From contig CM059433.1 in assembly GCA_030390025.1 (NCBI GenBank), positions 310,001 through 374,000 on the forward strand: 64,000 nucleotides of DNA. Reading direction: 5' to 3'. Below the pieces are notes generated by a model, which did no database searches, was not told the DNA's origin, and saw nothing but the letters and a program-made list of their open reading frames with translations. This document shows positions 48,660 to 61,771 of the stretch, in pieces. The position numbers and the translations under genes were made by a program. Position 1 is the first letter of the stretch. Every line of letters starts with the position of its first letter. Source of the DNA: Squalus acanthias (lineage: Eukaryota).

Positions 48660-49616
48660 TTAGTTTAAAGCCCTCTCCACAGCCCTAGTTATTCGATTCG
48701 CCAGGACACTAGTCCCAGCACTGGCCAAGTGAAGTCCGTCCCAACGGAACAGCTCTCTCCTGCCCCAGTACTGGTGCCAGTGTCCCAAGAAGCAAAACCC
48801 ATTTTTCCCACACCAGTCTTTGAGCCACGCATTCAACTCCCTGATTTTATTTACCCTAGCCAAATTTGCTCGTGGCTCAGGTAGTAATCCAGAGATTATT
48901 ACCCTCGAGGTTCTGCTTTTTAATTTGGCCCCTAGCTGCTCAAACTCCCTCAGCAGAACCTCTTTCCTTGTCCTATCTATGTCATTGGTACCAACATGGA
49001 CCACGACAACTGGATCCTCCCCCTCCCACTCCAAGTTTCTCTCCAGCCCAGAGGAGATGTCCTTAACCCTGGCACCGGGCAGGCAACACAGCCTTCGGGA
49101 CTCTCGCTCTTGGCTGCAAAGAACCCTATCTATCCCCCTAATGATACTATCCCCTACCACTACAACATTTCTTTTTACTCCCCCCACTTGAATGGCCCCC
49201 CTTACCACGGTGCTGTGGCCAGGTTGCTCATCCTCCCTGCAGTCCCCGCTCCTATCCACACAGGGAGTAAGAGCCTCGAACCTGTTGGACAAGAGCAAGG
49301 GCTGCGGCTCCTCCAACACTACCTCCTGGATCCCTGTACCTGCCTCACTCGTAGTCACACCTTCCTGTCCCTGACCACGGGCTACTTCTGAATTAGTTAC
49401 TCTAATTGGTGTGACTACCTCCTGAAACACGGAGTCCAGGTAACTCTCCCCCTCCCTGATGTGTCGCAGTGTTTGAAGCTCGGACTCCAGCTCATCAACA
49501 CGGAGCCGGAGTTCCTCGAGCAGCCAACACTTACTGCAAATGTGTTCACCGTGAACATCAATGGTGTCCACCAGCTCCCACATATTGCAGCAGTAACACA
49601 TCACCTGCTCTCCCAT
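48660..49616 (-). CDS. CR1 ORF1 protein: zinc-finger/coiled coil + SGNH esterase-like domain, 318 aa
   Basis: CYCC...HICSKC, heptad LEELRLRVDELESEL, VGDSII, HVGTND and DGLH. Confidence 0.93.
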   Translation of the reverse strand: MGEQVMCYCCNMWELVDTIDVHGEHICSKCWLLEELRLRVDELESELQTLRHIREGESYLDSVFQEVVTPIRVTNSEVARGQGQEGVTTSEAGTGIQEVVLEEPQPLLLSNRFEALTPCVDRSGDCREDEQPGHSTVVRGAIQVGGVKRNVVVVGDSIIRGIDRVLCSQERESRRLCCLPGARVKDISSGLERNLEWEGEDPVVVVHVGTNDIDRTRKEVLLREFEQLGAKLKSRTSRVIISGLLPEPRANLARVNKIRELNAWLKDWCGKNGFCFLGHWHQYWGRRELFRWDGLHLASAGTSVLANRITRAVERALN

Positions 49617-49711
49617 TCTATGTAATTAATTAAAAATGTATTATTTACCCTTCAGTTAATTTATGCCAGCAGTCTCTGCTACACCACAGATACCCGAGAA
49701 ACAATAAAATT

Positions 49712-51480
49712 GAAGTTTCCACATGTACGCTGACGACACCCATCTCTACCGCACCACCATCGGCCACGCAGCCTGGGACTGGCTTTTTTGATGCCGCGCG
49801 CCCCCAAAAATAAGGGGGAACGTTGCTCACCACCACCTCTCTCGACCCTTTTACTGTCTCTAAATTGTCAGACTGCTTGTCCGGTACTGGATGAGCAGAA
49901 ATTTCCTCCAGCTAAATATTGGGAAGACCGAAGTCTTCAGTCCCCGCCACTCCGTTTCCTAGCCACTGACGCCATCCCTCTCCCAGGCAGCTGTCTGAGG
50001 CTGAACCAGACTGTTTGCAACCGTGGTGTATTTGACCCCGAGATGAGCTTCTGACTACATATCCGCGCCATCAATAAGACTGCCTATTTCTACCTCCGCA
50101 ACATCGCTCGACTCTGCCCCTACCTCAGCTGATCTGCTGAAACCCTCATCTATGCCTTTGTTACCTCTAGACTTGACTACTCCAGTGCACTCCTTGCTGG
50201 CCTCCCATCTTCCACCCTCCATAAACTTAAGGCCATCCAAAACCCTGCTTTCCGTGTCCTAACTTGCACCAAGTCCCGTTCACCCATCACCCCTGTGCTC
50301 GCTGACTTACATTGGCTCCCGGTTGAGCAACACCTTGATTTTAAAATTCTCATCCTTGGTTTTTAAATCCCTCCATGGCCTCGTCTCTCTCTCTCTAACC
50401 TCCTCCAGCCCAACAACCCTCCCTATCTCTGTAACCTCCTCCAGCCCAACAACCCTCCCTATCTCTGTAACTTCCTCCAGCCCAACAACCCTCTCTCTCT
50501 CTCTCTAACCTCCTCCAGCCCAACAACCCTCTCTCTCTCTGTAACCTCCTCCAGCCCAACAACCCTCTCTCTCTCTAACCTCCTCCAGCCCAACAACCCT
50601 CTCTCTCTGTAACCTCCTCCAGCCCAACAACCCTCTCTCTCTCTCTCTAACCTCCTCCAGCCCAACAATCCTCCCTATCTCTGTAACCTCCTCCAGCCCA
50701 ACAACCCTCTCTCTGTAACCTCCTCCAGCCCAACAACCCTCCCTATCTCTGTAACCTCCTCCAGCCCAACAACCCTCTCTCTCTGTAACCTCCTCCAACC
50801 CAACAACCCTCTCTATCTCTGTAACCTCCTCCAGCCCAACAACCCTCTCTCTGTAACCTCCTCCAGCCCAACAACCCTCCCTATCTCTGTAACCTCCTCC
50901 AGCCCAACAACCCTCCCTATCTCTGTAACCTCCTCCAGCCCAACAACCCTCCCTATCTCTGTAACCTCCTCCAGCCCCCAACAACTCTCTCTATCTCTGT
51001 AACCTCCTCCAGCCCAACAACCCTCCCTATCTCTGTAACCTCCTCCAGCCCAACAACCCTCTCTCTCTCTGTAACCTCCTCCAGCCCAACAACCCTCCCT
51101 ATCTCTGTAACCTCCTCCAGCCCAACAACCCTCTCTCTCTCTGTAACCTCCTCCAGCCCAACAACCCTCTCTCTCTCTGTAACCTCCTCCAGCCCAACAA
51201 CCCTCTCTCTCTCTGTAACCTCCTCCAGCCCAACAAACCTCCCTATCTCTGTAACCTCCTCCAGCCCCTACAAACCTCCCTATCTCTGTAACCTCCTCCA
51301 GCCCAACAACCCCCTCTACCTCTTTCCTCCGTTAAGACGCTCCTTTAAACCTACATCTTTGACCAAGTCTGCCTTAATATCTCCTTATTGTGTCTCAGTG
51401 TTTGATAACACTCCTGTGAAACGCCTTGAGACGTTTTATTATGTTAAAGGTGCTATATAAATACAAGCGCTGTTGTTGTC
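49712..51480 (+). mobile_element. L2-clade LINE 3' portion with internal minisatellite
   Basis: FHMYADDT at about 49715; homologous to the reverse complement of 34702-35520; tail ends gttgttgt. Confidence 0.88.
50395..51315. repeat. L2-derived minisatellite, about 33-38-bp unit with variable (ct)n, roughly 25-27 copies
   Basis: Unit tgtaacctcctccagcccaacaaccct(ct)n. Confidence 0.95.
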
Positions 51481-53149
51481 ATTGTGGATTTAAAATGAAC
51501 CTGGGGAGCTTTGTTTGTTTAGTTGAAAACACTCATTGTGGAGTAATAATCATACCACACGTAATAATATCTACCTGGAGATAAAATTCCCGTTGCGATC
51601 AAAGGGGGGGATTTACGGTGGCCAACGTATCCGCTAAGCCGCGTGGCCGCACGGCGGAATGGAGGTCCCATGCAGGCCGCTCACCGGCTTTTATATGGGA
51701 GAAACCGTGCATGCACGTAAATCTGAATGGGCTGCACAGCCACTTAAAGGGACCGGGCACCCCAAAAAAAGGGAACGTTGACGGTGACCTCACTGGAATT
51801 GCTTTGTGAACTGTGTGTGAAATTAGTTCCTATTTAAACTTAAATGTACTTTTACTATTTATAATTTTTTATTTACTTACCCAAATACTAGTAAAAAAAT
51901 GCACACTTAAAAGTAGTGGAATATGATCTATATCTCACTCTTGATGTTGACCATAACTGTTTATTGCCAATTCATGAGATGTAAGTCTTATCCCATGTCT
52001 CCTTGTTATGTATCTTTTTTTCCACTTTACCTGATAAGCTAATTCAAACATCTGAATTGTTAGCTATTGTAATTTTTTGCATGTACAGTGTTGTCTAATG
52101 TTTTCAAGCTTGACCTGGATAATGACTCTAGAGTAAATAAATTATCAGACCAGTGACTTTATTATTTTATGTATCTGTGTCTTTCCACAAGTTGGGAAAA
52201 AATCAGAGAAGTTAACACCTTATTAGAGGTGCAATATCCTATTCGTTCACTTGCCAATTGGTGTCAACCACAACCCATTAGCTGGTAGTATGGGTATAAA
52301 TTTTGTTTCCTTGGATGGCGCTGAGAAGTAGGATGTTACGTTAGGGATATACCTGAGTGAATTTAATCTAGATAATATTGTTGTAGAAATCTGCAGTGTA
52401 TGCTACATTCAATTCTTATACTGGAAGAAGTTTTGGATTACATATTTGATTTCAGGAAATGTGCTGGAGTGAGTGGATTTACCAATTTACATTATTGAGA
52501 TATGTTCTGAGATAAGTCTGTGACATGTTAGTTTAAAAAAAAAACCTGACTTCTATTGGATTGTATTTTGTCAGACAAGTTCACTTCATTTTTTGGCACA
52601 TTTCCCATAGATATTTGCCGCCTTATGATTTTTATTTAAGGGCCAGCAGTCTGGTTCTCAACTGTACCAGCAGCTAGTGAGCAAACTGCTGATGGTGTAA
52701 ATGTCTTCAATTTTGCGATAGCTTTCCCTTCCAAGCTACAGTGCAGCAACATTTTGCCAATATGTTCACATGGGTAATAGAAATAAAAAACAGGTTATGG
52801 AAATTGGCATTGCTGATAATTTTCGAAACTGCTCTAGAATTTAATTTATAGGTTTTAGTAATTAAATAAATGTTCAATATTGTTTAACTTCTTTCACACA
52901 GCCTCATAATATTTTCTACAACTACACATCCATTCCCTACAGCCGCAATGCGAGCAGTTTTACTGTACCACCTTGGGACAGGGAACTGTTTAAATGAGGA
53001 CAGTGAAGCAAGTTTAGTTCTGTTAGCCTCTCTTCACAACTTAGAATTCAAAGTCTAAGAACCATCCTTTTTCTCCAGCTCCGCAGTGCTCCCCCTCAAG
53101 GTATGGTTTCCTTTATTGAGTTTAATGCCTTCAACATCTTCAACACCTC

Positions 53150-53465
53150 ATCCAAGTTGCCATTATTCCTATGTAAGCCCCGACAGCATGTATAGGCAGG
53201 CTATTTGACTGCAGGGGCCATCACAGATGAGCATAAGCCTTTCTTCATCCAATATCCTGCACGTCCTCCAGCAAGGGTTGCTGGATAGCAATTAGAAGTT
53301 GGATCAATTTTCTCCTCCTCTAAGCTGGGGTGGAAGGCCAATTGTATTGCCATGACTGCTGCTCTGGCTGAGATCAATTAACTTGGTACAGACCAGAGAT
53401 TGACTTTAGGATCTTCCCGGGACTTTATGGCTCAGCTGCTCACTGATTAAATTCTTTGAGCCCAC
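53150..53465 (-). mobile_element. Old tRNA-derived SINE, AmnSINE2-like
   Basis: Minus strand gctgagccata...ggaagatcc...ctggtctgt...tgatctcagcca...tacaattggcct...gctatccag...aatagcctgcc resembles the AmnSINE2 consensus as recalled; not aligned computationally. Confidence 0.55.
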
Positions 53466-54806
53466 TGAGAGTCTAAGAATCATTCTTGTTGCTCTTGCTG
53501 AATCCTCCCAATGTTATCATTGTACTATTTAAGGTTACATATTCAAAATTTCAAGGAATTTTCCAATTTTGGACACTTCAATGATGTCTAGTATTTTCAT
53601 TTCTAGTAAAATGCCCTTGAAATGCAACCTAGTAATAGAGCCTTGTTGATAACTTCATATTGACTCTACTTTTAGTGAGCAACTAGAAGATCTCCTGTGA
53701 TGCTGCAAATGGAGAGTCAAGACTAAGTGCAGTCTTGAGGAGAAGTCGGGATAATTGAATTATGGTGCCCAGACATCATTCAGACTCCATTTTTAAGTCA
53801 TGTATTTTGTCCTTATTTTTAACAAAATTCTAGTATAAATTTCTGTGTTCACATTTATAATGGATATTGCCTATGTAAATTTTTTTACACTGATTACACT
53901 CATACAAGTGGTGGCACTGCGGCCCCTCCACCAGTTTAGGTATGCAGTTTCCATTATAAATGTGGACCAAGAAATTCATAATGGGGAAAATGTTGACAGG
54001 AAGTCTGTGTAACTTTAAGATTTTTAGTATATTTTCACTTGGTAATCATATGCACTCCTTAATCTTTTACTCCTTTGCTAAAGTCTATTTTTCATCATGT
54101 GCGTGCTTTCTGTTCCACTACGCGTAAGGTTGCATTTGACGACACTGAAATCTAAGTTACAGTTGTGGTCATTATTGCAAAATACTTTTGTTTTTTAATA
54201 AAATAATTTGGGATCGTAAGCAGTTGAACCCATTTATTTTGTACACTTGACCTTCCCTGGTAGCTTAAGTCACAATCCTTTGGGTTGAAAATAACTTTTG
54301 GGTGAAAGCGAATCTGCCTGATATCCCTCCTTGCTCCTAATTTTTAAGCTTGTGTCCACTGGTACTTGAAACCATCACCATTGTTTAGGGGGAAAATAAC
54401 ATTGCAAGTGTATTCCTGTCGATTGCCAGGGCTACTTTTGTGAAGAATTAGAGATGAAAAACTGAGGAGAATTTTCAAGCACGAGGTAATCTGTAACATA
54501 CCATGATCAAAAAAGTGTCTCAACTTCGCATTATTCAAATTAAAAAAAAAGTCAATTGAGTAGCTGATCAGAACGGGGTAAAAGGCTTCAAAGATACAGA
54601 AAACAAACATTCAAATTATGATTAACTTACTTGCTGAGCTCTTGGGAGACTTTGCTTTTGTTGTATAACAAATGTGGCTTTTGTTTATTTTTCTGTACTT
54701 TTATGGAGAAATTAAATGAAGGGTGAGATCTGTAGTGCTCTGTAGCAGTTGAAATTACATGACTTCCACTCTGAGAAATGCAACAATTGGGTAGATCGGA
54801 TAGGAG

Positions 54807-55548
54807 GGGGTAGAGTTTGCAATTCGCCCGAAATTGACCAAACCAGTGCAGAAGATCAAGAAATTTCAAGAGCAAGTTACGTTCAGTGCAAATTGAGTTT
54901 CTGCGATCTTTTGCGCTGGTTTAAAAAAACATTGAGCTGGAAGCCGACCCCGCCCACAAACTGACCACTTCCCAGATCGAATTAATCAGTATGGCGAGTT
55001 TCTGCTAATTGTGCCCGTTTGTTGGCCTTCCAGGAGGCTCTCAAAATTAAGCTTTTTTTTTAAGGCCCAAGGGCACTAATAGGCACCTTTTAAAGATTTT
55101 AAACATTTAATTTACTAAATTAAGTAGTGTAAACCAATGAAACTAGTAAATGGTTCTGTATAGCTTTTTAAAAGTCATTTTCAGTTATTTAAAATCGGAT
55201 TACTTGCAGTTGGTCAACTAGACACTGATTAAAACGCGTATTTTTTGAGATAAACCCATTTTCAGCTGTATTAATAAAACTGCACCAAGGAATACATTTT
55301 CATGGAAAGGAAAAAAACAAATTCTTAAATATATTCAGGAATATTTTTAATGCAAGGGGAAAAAAATAAGCAATTATGTTCTGAAACGCTGCTCGATTGC
55401 ATTGCTTCATGGAGATTTTACGTTTGTGATTATGCAAATGAGTGTGAGCGAAAACCTGAACCAGAACATCACTTTGGAAAACTAGTGCAATTTTGAGCAC
55501 AATTTGCGTCCGGGTTGCCGATTGTGCCCAAAGCGTAAGCTCTACCTC
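54807..55548. mobile_element. MITE-like element
   Basis: Imperfect TIRs ggggtagagtttgc / gtaagctctacctc; AT-rich core. Confidence 0.45.
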
Positions 55549-55636
55549 ATTGTGTATTAAAGGCCGAACCTGGAGCATAAAAAATGTTCCACTTGTCTTC
55601 TACTGAAGTGCTGCTGAACAACCCCTCCAATCAATT

Positions 55637-56545
55637 AACATAAGAAATAGGAGCAGGAGTAGGCCATATGGCCCCTCGAACATGCTCCGCCATTCAATAA
55701 GATCATGGCTGATCATCTACCTCACCTCCACTTTCCCGCCCTATCCCCCCATATCCCTTGATTCCTTTAGTGTCCGCAGTCTATCGATCTCATTCTTGAA
55801 TATTCTGAATGACTGAACATCCGCAGCTCTCTGTGGTAGATAATTCACAACCTTCTGGATGAAGAAGTTTCTCCTCATCTCAGTCCTAAATGGGCGACCC
55901 CTTATCCTGAGACTATGACACCTTGTTTTAGACTTTACAGCCAGTGAAAACAGCCTCTCGGCATCTACCCTGTCAAGCTCTCAAGAATTTTATACGTTTC
56001 AATGCGATCACCTCTCGTTCTTCTAAACTCCAGAGAATATAGGCCCATTCTACTCAATTTCTCCTCATAGGACAACCCTTTCAACCCAGGAATCAATCTG
56101 GTGAACCTCCGTTGCTCCCCCCCCCCCCCCCCCCAAGGCAAGTATATCCTACCTTTGGTAACGAGACCAAAACTGTACATGGTACTCCAGGTATGGTCTC
56201 ACCAAGGCCCTATATAATTGAAGCAAGACTTTTTTACTCTTATACTCCAATCCCCTTGCACTAAAGGTTAACATACCATTTGCGTTCCTAATTGTTTGCT
56301 GTACTTGAATGTTAACTTTCTGTGATTCGTGTACAAGGACCAACATTATGTTGGTCTGCATACTAACATTTACTAGTCACATACCTTTTTTAAAAAATAC
56401 TCTTTTCTATTCTTCCTACCAAAGTGGATAACTTCACATTTCCCCACATTACACTCCATCTGCCACCTTCTTGCCCACTCACTTAACCTGTCTCTATTCC
56501 ATTGCAGCCACTTTGCATCCTCCTCACCGCTTACTTTCCCACCTT
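55637..56545 (-). mobile_element. CR1 3' fragment
   Basis: Tail aacataagaaataggagcagg; RRFTRLIPGLKGLSYEE motif. Confidence 0.92.
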
Positions 56546-56849
56546 GCTTATTTGCTTAAACTGTTCTCTCATTTCTTTGAATGTAGCCATTTTAAAGTTA
56601 TATATATATCTGGCCCCATAGTCTCGGTATTTCTGAAAGCCAGAGTCTGTTGAACTTCATTTTTAAGTGGTTGCTGTCTGATTGAGGGTGCCACAAATTC
56701 CAGATCCTGTATATTGCCTGTGTAAATATAAATACAATATATATTATATATTTGATAGAGGGGTAAAAAACTAAAGCTGCAAGCAAGATCCTAAATTAAA
56801 TAACAAATTAATCAGAAGTTAAATAACAAGGAAGAACAAACTTTAAAAA

Positions 56850-58372
56850 TCTTGTAGGCAGAAGAGGAAGGGACTCGCTGGACCAAACACAGGAGCATAC
56901 AGAAACATGTTAAAAGTTTGGTCAGAGGGGCAAAGAGAGACCTGGAATAAAGCATAACTATAGACACAAACCATAGTGTTAATAAATTCTTTCAGTACTT
57001 TAACAGTAAGAGGGCAATCAGAGAAGAGTTGAGAACCATCAATGAATCCTTGGAGGCTTCAACAGAAGATGAGCACAAGAGAGTTCATATTTTGAGTGAT
57101 TACTTCCTCCAAATATTCACAAGGGAAGATGCGCGCAGCATGCCCTTCCTAAGCAGAGATAACCTAAGCAAATTGATGACGGATATAAACAAGGTGGGAG
57201 TCTTGGACTAGCTGAAAGAGCTCAAAGCAAATAAATCCCCAGGGATAGGTGGTGTTTATCCCAGAACACTGGAGTGGCCACAGGGGACATTTGTGAGGCA
57301 CTGGTGCCATTATTAGGAAATCACTAGGGAGGTACCAACAGATTGAAAATAGATTAATTGGTGCCCATTTTCAAAAAGGGTGATGAAACAGATATGGGCA
57401 ACTACAGACCTATTGGTCTTTCTTCAATACTGTGTAAAATATTGGAATTGATTATCTGGTGTAAATTTGAGATTTATTTGTATAATAACCTATTAAAAGG
57501 CAGTCAGCATGATTTCAGAAGGGAAAGATTCTGCCTGTCTAATCTCCTAGACTTCTTGGAAAAAGTGATATTCCAAGTGTATTCTGCAAAGTCCTACAGT
57601 GTGGTGTGCCTTGACTTCCAAAAGACATTTGACAAAGTTCCACATGAAAGGCTTGTTAGTTAAGTTGAAACTATGGGGATTCAGGAAATCTTAAAAATGG
57701 ACAAGAAATTGGCTGAAGGGTAGAAAATAATGTGACAATGGGTACGTGTTAGAGGAGTTATATTGTGTGTGTGGGTGCTCTAGGGATTGCTGTTGGCACC
57801 AATACTGTTTATAGTTTACATCAATGACCTGGATTCAGAAACTCAATACAAATTGGTCAAATTTGCAAACGATGCCAATCTTGGATATGCAGTGGATTTG
57901 GAGGATGCCTCACAGAAATTACAGAATGAGTTGGACAAAATATGTATGCACATAGGAAGGAAAAATGAACAACATGTACTCCAAGATTGGTGTTGGCATA
58001 GGTAAGGATAAAGTTGAAAGAGACCTGGGAGTCTTAGTAGACTTGATGGTCAACATGTCTAACCAGGGAATGTAAGATAGCTAGGACAATTGTAATAGTA
58101 AACCTTGAGTTTTACTTCAAATTAAATTGCAAGAGCAGGACAAGGGGGACACAGGCTCCAACTCGTAAATCAAATTTAGGACTCATACCAAGAGGTTCTT
58201 CTCAAAGAATGATCAATACATGTAATGTGCTTCCAGATAGAATAGTAGAGCAATAACTCTGGAATCTTTAAGTAACATTAAGATGACGTCGTAAAGGGCC
58301 ATGTAAGGTCTTTCTGGATGGATGAACTAATGTGGGTCAAATAGGCATCCTCATCCATAATTATCTTGTGAT
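56850..58372 (+). mobile_element. Old, highly diverged CR1 fragment
   Basis: VPIFKKG..NYRPIGL, LDFQKTFDKVPH and YINDLD...FAND motifs in broken frames. Confidence 0.85.
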
Positions 58373-58662
58373 ATACATTTCTTCTGTGGCATGGCTGATG
58401 GTAAGTCAGATGCATTGTTTTATAAGGACAGGAGCATTATATTGTACAAAATCGAATGTAAGTGTGTGTCTCCTTAATGTTGGGAGGTGTAATTGCCTTG
58501 CGTTGTTGGAATGAATGGTGGGTTCACTTCGAGGTCAAGATGCGGATGACAGCACTGGCTTTCTTTGGTTGACAGGTTAATTAAGAAGTTGGAAGTTTTG
58601 TGGAAAAGCAGTATATTCTTGGAGAGGGAAGTGAAACACAATATTTTAAAATTGTTTTGCTT

Positions 58663-61436
58663 CATAGAATGGTTACAGCACAGAAGAAGGCCATTTGGCC
58701 CGTCGAGCCTGTGCTGGCTCTCTGCAAGAGCACTTCAGCTAGTCCCACTCCCCCGCCCGTTCCCTGTAGCCCTGCAAATTTTTTTCCTTCAAGTACTTAT
58801 CCAATTCCCTTTTGAAAGCTGTGATTGAATCTGCCTCCACCACCCTTTCAGGCAGTGCATTCAAGATCCTAACCACTCGCTGAGTAAAAAGGTTTTTCCT
58901 CATGTCGCCTTTGGTTCTTCTGCCAATCATCTTAAATCTGTGTCCTCTGGTTCTTGACCCTTCTGCCAATGGGAACAGTTTCTCTCTACTCTGTCCAGAC
59001 CCCTTATGATTTTGAACACCTCTATCAGATCTCCTCTGCTCTAAGGAGAACAACCCCAGCTTCTCCAGTCTATCCACGTAACTGAAGTCCCTCATCCCTG
59101 GAATAATTCTCATAAATCTTTTCTGCAGTCTCTCTAAGGCCTTCACATTCTTCCTAAAGTGCGGTGCCCAGAATTGGATACAATACTCCAGTTGAGGTCG
59201 AACTAGTGTTTTATACAGGTTCATCATAATTTCCACACCTTTGTACTCAATGCCTCTATTCATGAAGCCCAGGATCTCATAGACTTTTTTAACTGCTTTC
59301 TCAACCTGCTCTGCCACCTTCAACGATTTGTGCACAAATACCCCTAGGTCTCTCTGTTCATGCACCTCCTTTAACATTGTACCCTTTAGTTTATATTTCC
59401 TCTCTTCATTCTTTCTACCAAAATGTATCACTTTGCACTTTTCTGCGTTACATTTCATCTGCCACGTGTCCGCCCATTCCACCAGCCTGTCTATGTCCTC
59501 TTGAAGTCCATCACTATCCTCCTCAGTTTTGTTTCATCTGCAAATTTTGAAATTGTGCCCTGTACAGCCACATCCAAGTCATTAATATATATCAAGAAAA
59601 GCAGTGGTCCTAGAACCGCCTCCTGGGGAACACCACTGTATACCTTCCTCCAGTCTGATAAACAACCGTTCACCACTACTCTCTGTTTCCTGTCACTTAG
59701 CCAATTTTGTATCCATGCTGCCACTGTCCCTTTTATTCCATGGGCTTCAACTTTGCTGGCAAGCCTATTATGTGGCACTTTGTCGAACGCCTTTTTGAAA
59801 TCCATGTACACCACGCCAACCGCATTGTCCTCATCAACCCTCTCTATTACCTCATCAAAAAACTCGATCAAGTTGGTTAAATACGATTTGCCTTTAACAA
59901 ATCTGTGCTGGCTTTCCTTAATTAATCCACACTTGTCCAAGTCACTGTTAATTTTGTCCCTGATTATTGTTTCTAAAAGCTTCCCCACTACTGAGGTTAA
60001 ACTGACTGGCCTGTAGTTGCTGGCTTTATCTTTACACCCTTTTTTGAACAAGGGTGTAACATTTGCAATTCTCCAGTCCTCTGGCACCACCCTGTTTCTA
60101 AGGAGTATTGGAAGATTATGGCCAGTACCTCCGCGATTTCTTCCTTCACTTCCCTCAGCGTCCTAGGATGCATCCCATCTGGTCCTGGTGACTTATTTAC
60201 TTTAAGTACAGCCAGCCTTTCTAGTACCTCCTCTTTATCAATTTTTATCCCATCCAGTATCTCCTCTACTTCCTCCTTCACTGTGTCTATGGCATCATCT
60301 TCTTCCTTGGTGAAGACAGATGCAAAGTACTCATTTAGCACCTCAGCCATACCCTCTACCTCCATGCGTAGGTCTCTTTTTTGGTCCCTAATCGGCCCCA
60401 CCCCTACTCTTACTACCCGTTTACTATTTATATGCATATAGAAGACTTTTGGAATACCTTTTATGTTAGCTGCCATTCTGTTCTCATACCCTCTCTTTGC
60501 CCCTCTTATTTTCTTTTTCACTTCTCCTCTGAACTTTCTCTATTTAGCCTGATTCTCAGATGTATTCTCAACCTGACATCTGTCATTCGCGCACTTTTTC
60601 TGCTTCATTTTACTCTCCATCTCTTTCGTCATCCAGGGAGCTCTGACTTTAGTTGCCCTACCTTTCCCCCTAGTGGGAATGTACCTCAACTCTACTCGAA
60701 CTATTTCCTCTTTAAAGGCAGCCCATTGTTCCATTACAGTTTTGCCTGCCAATCTTTGATTCCAGTTTACCCGGGCTAGATCCGTTCTCATCCCACTGAA
60801 ATTGGCCTTCCTCCAATTAAGTATTTTTACTCTAGCTTGTTCCCTGTCCTTTTCCATAGCTAATCTAAACCTTATGGTACTATGATCACTGTTCCCTAAA
60901 TGTTCACCTACTGACACTTGCGCCACTTGACCTACCTCATTCCCCAGAACCAGATCCAGCAATGCCTCCTTCCTCGTTGGGCCAGAAACATACTGATCAA
61001 GAAAGTTCTCCTGAACACACTTCAGAAATTCTTCCCCCTCTCTGCCCTTTACACTATTACTATCCCAGGCCCCCATTATCGCCACTCTATAGTTCTTGCA
61101 TCTCTCTGTAATTTCTCTGCAAATTTGCTCCTCCATATTTTTCCCACTAGTTGGTGGCCCATAGAATACACCTAGTAGTGTAATGGCACCTCTATTATTT
61201 CTTAACTCTAGCCATATAGATTCTGTCCTTGACCCCTCCAGGACATCCCCTCTCTCCAGCACTGTAACATTCTCCTTAACCAGTACTGCCACACCACCTC
61301 CTATCTTTCCTGAGCACCTTATATCCAGGAATATTTTATACCCAATAATGCCCTTTTTTAAGCCAGGTCTCTGAGATTGCCACGATATCATATTCCCATG
61401 TGGCTATTTGCGCCTGCAGCTCACCAACCTTGTTTA
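58663..61436 (-). mobile_element. CR1 LINE (distinct subfamily), most of ORF2, frameshifted
   Basis: ORFs 60540-61391 (endonuclease), 59997-60521, 59491-60090 (RT) and 58739-59482; different 3' tail. Confidence 0.93.
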
Positions 61437-61771
61437 CTAAATTGTTTTACTTCCATAAGAGTTGAGTGCAGGAAGAAGAAAGAAGAAATTATCAAAATTG
61501 TAAGACTTATTGCTTAAAAAGTTAAACATTCCTACATTTACAACTAGCTTGGAGCTGTTTAGTTGTTTTGTTTTAGCTTCTCCGTGGTCTGTTTGATTGC
61601 TTGAGAAAGTGGAAGGAAGAGTTTGGATTGAATTACATGGGAAGAATGACCAAATCTGGGTAGAAAGTACCGTGGGTAGTATTGGGGGATATAGAGGAGT
61701 GATAAATCAAGGTGAACAGCATGGGGTAGTAAGAATTCGTTTGAAGTAAGTGGGTAATTGTGGAAGTATAT

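Larger units (their letters stand above)
45431..49650 (-). mobile_element. Young CR1 LINE with both ORFs intact, 5' UTR apparently truncated
   Basis: Uninterrupted ORF1 and ORF2; double 3' tail ending (ttcttatg)3. Confidence 0.96.

Noticed and set aside
293..60779. Numerous 60-200 aa ORFs antisense to CR1 ORF2
   Set aside because: They are recurrent shadow frames of the LINE coding sequence.
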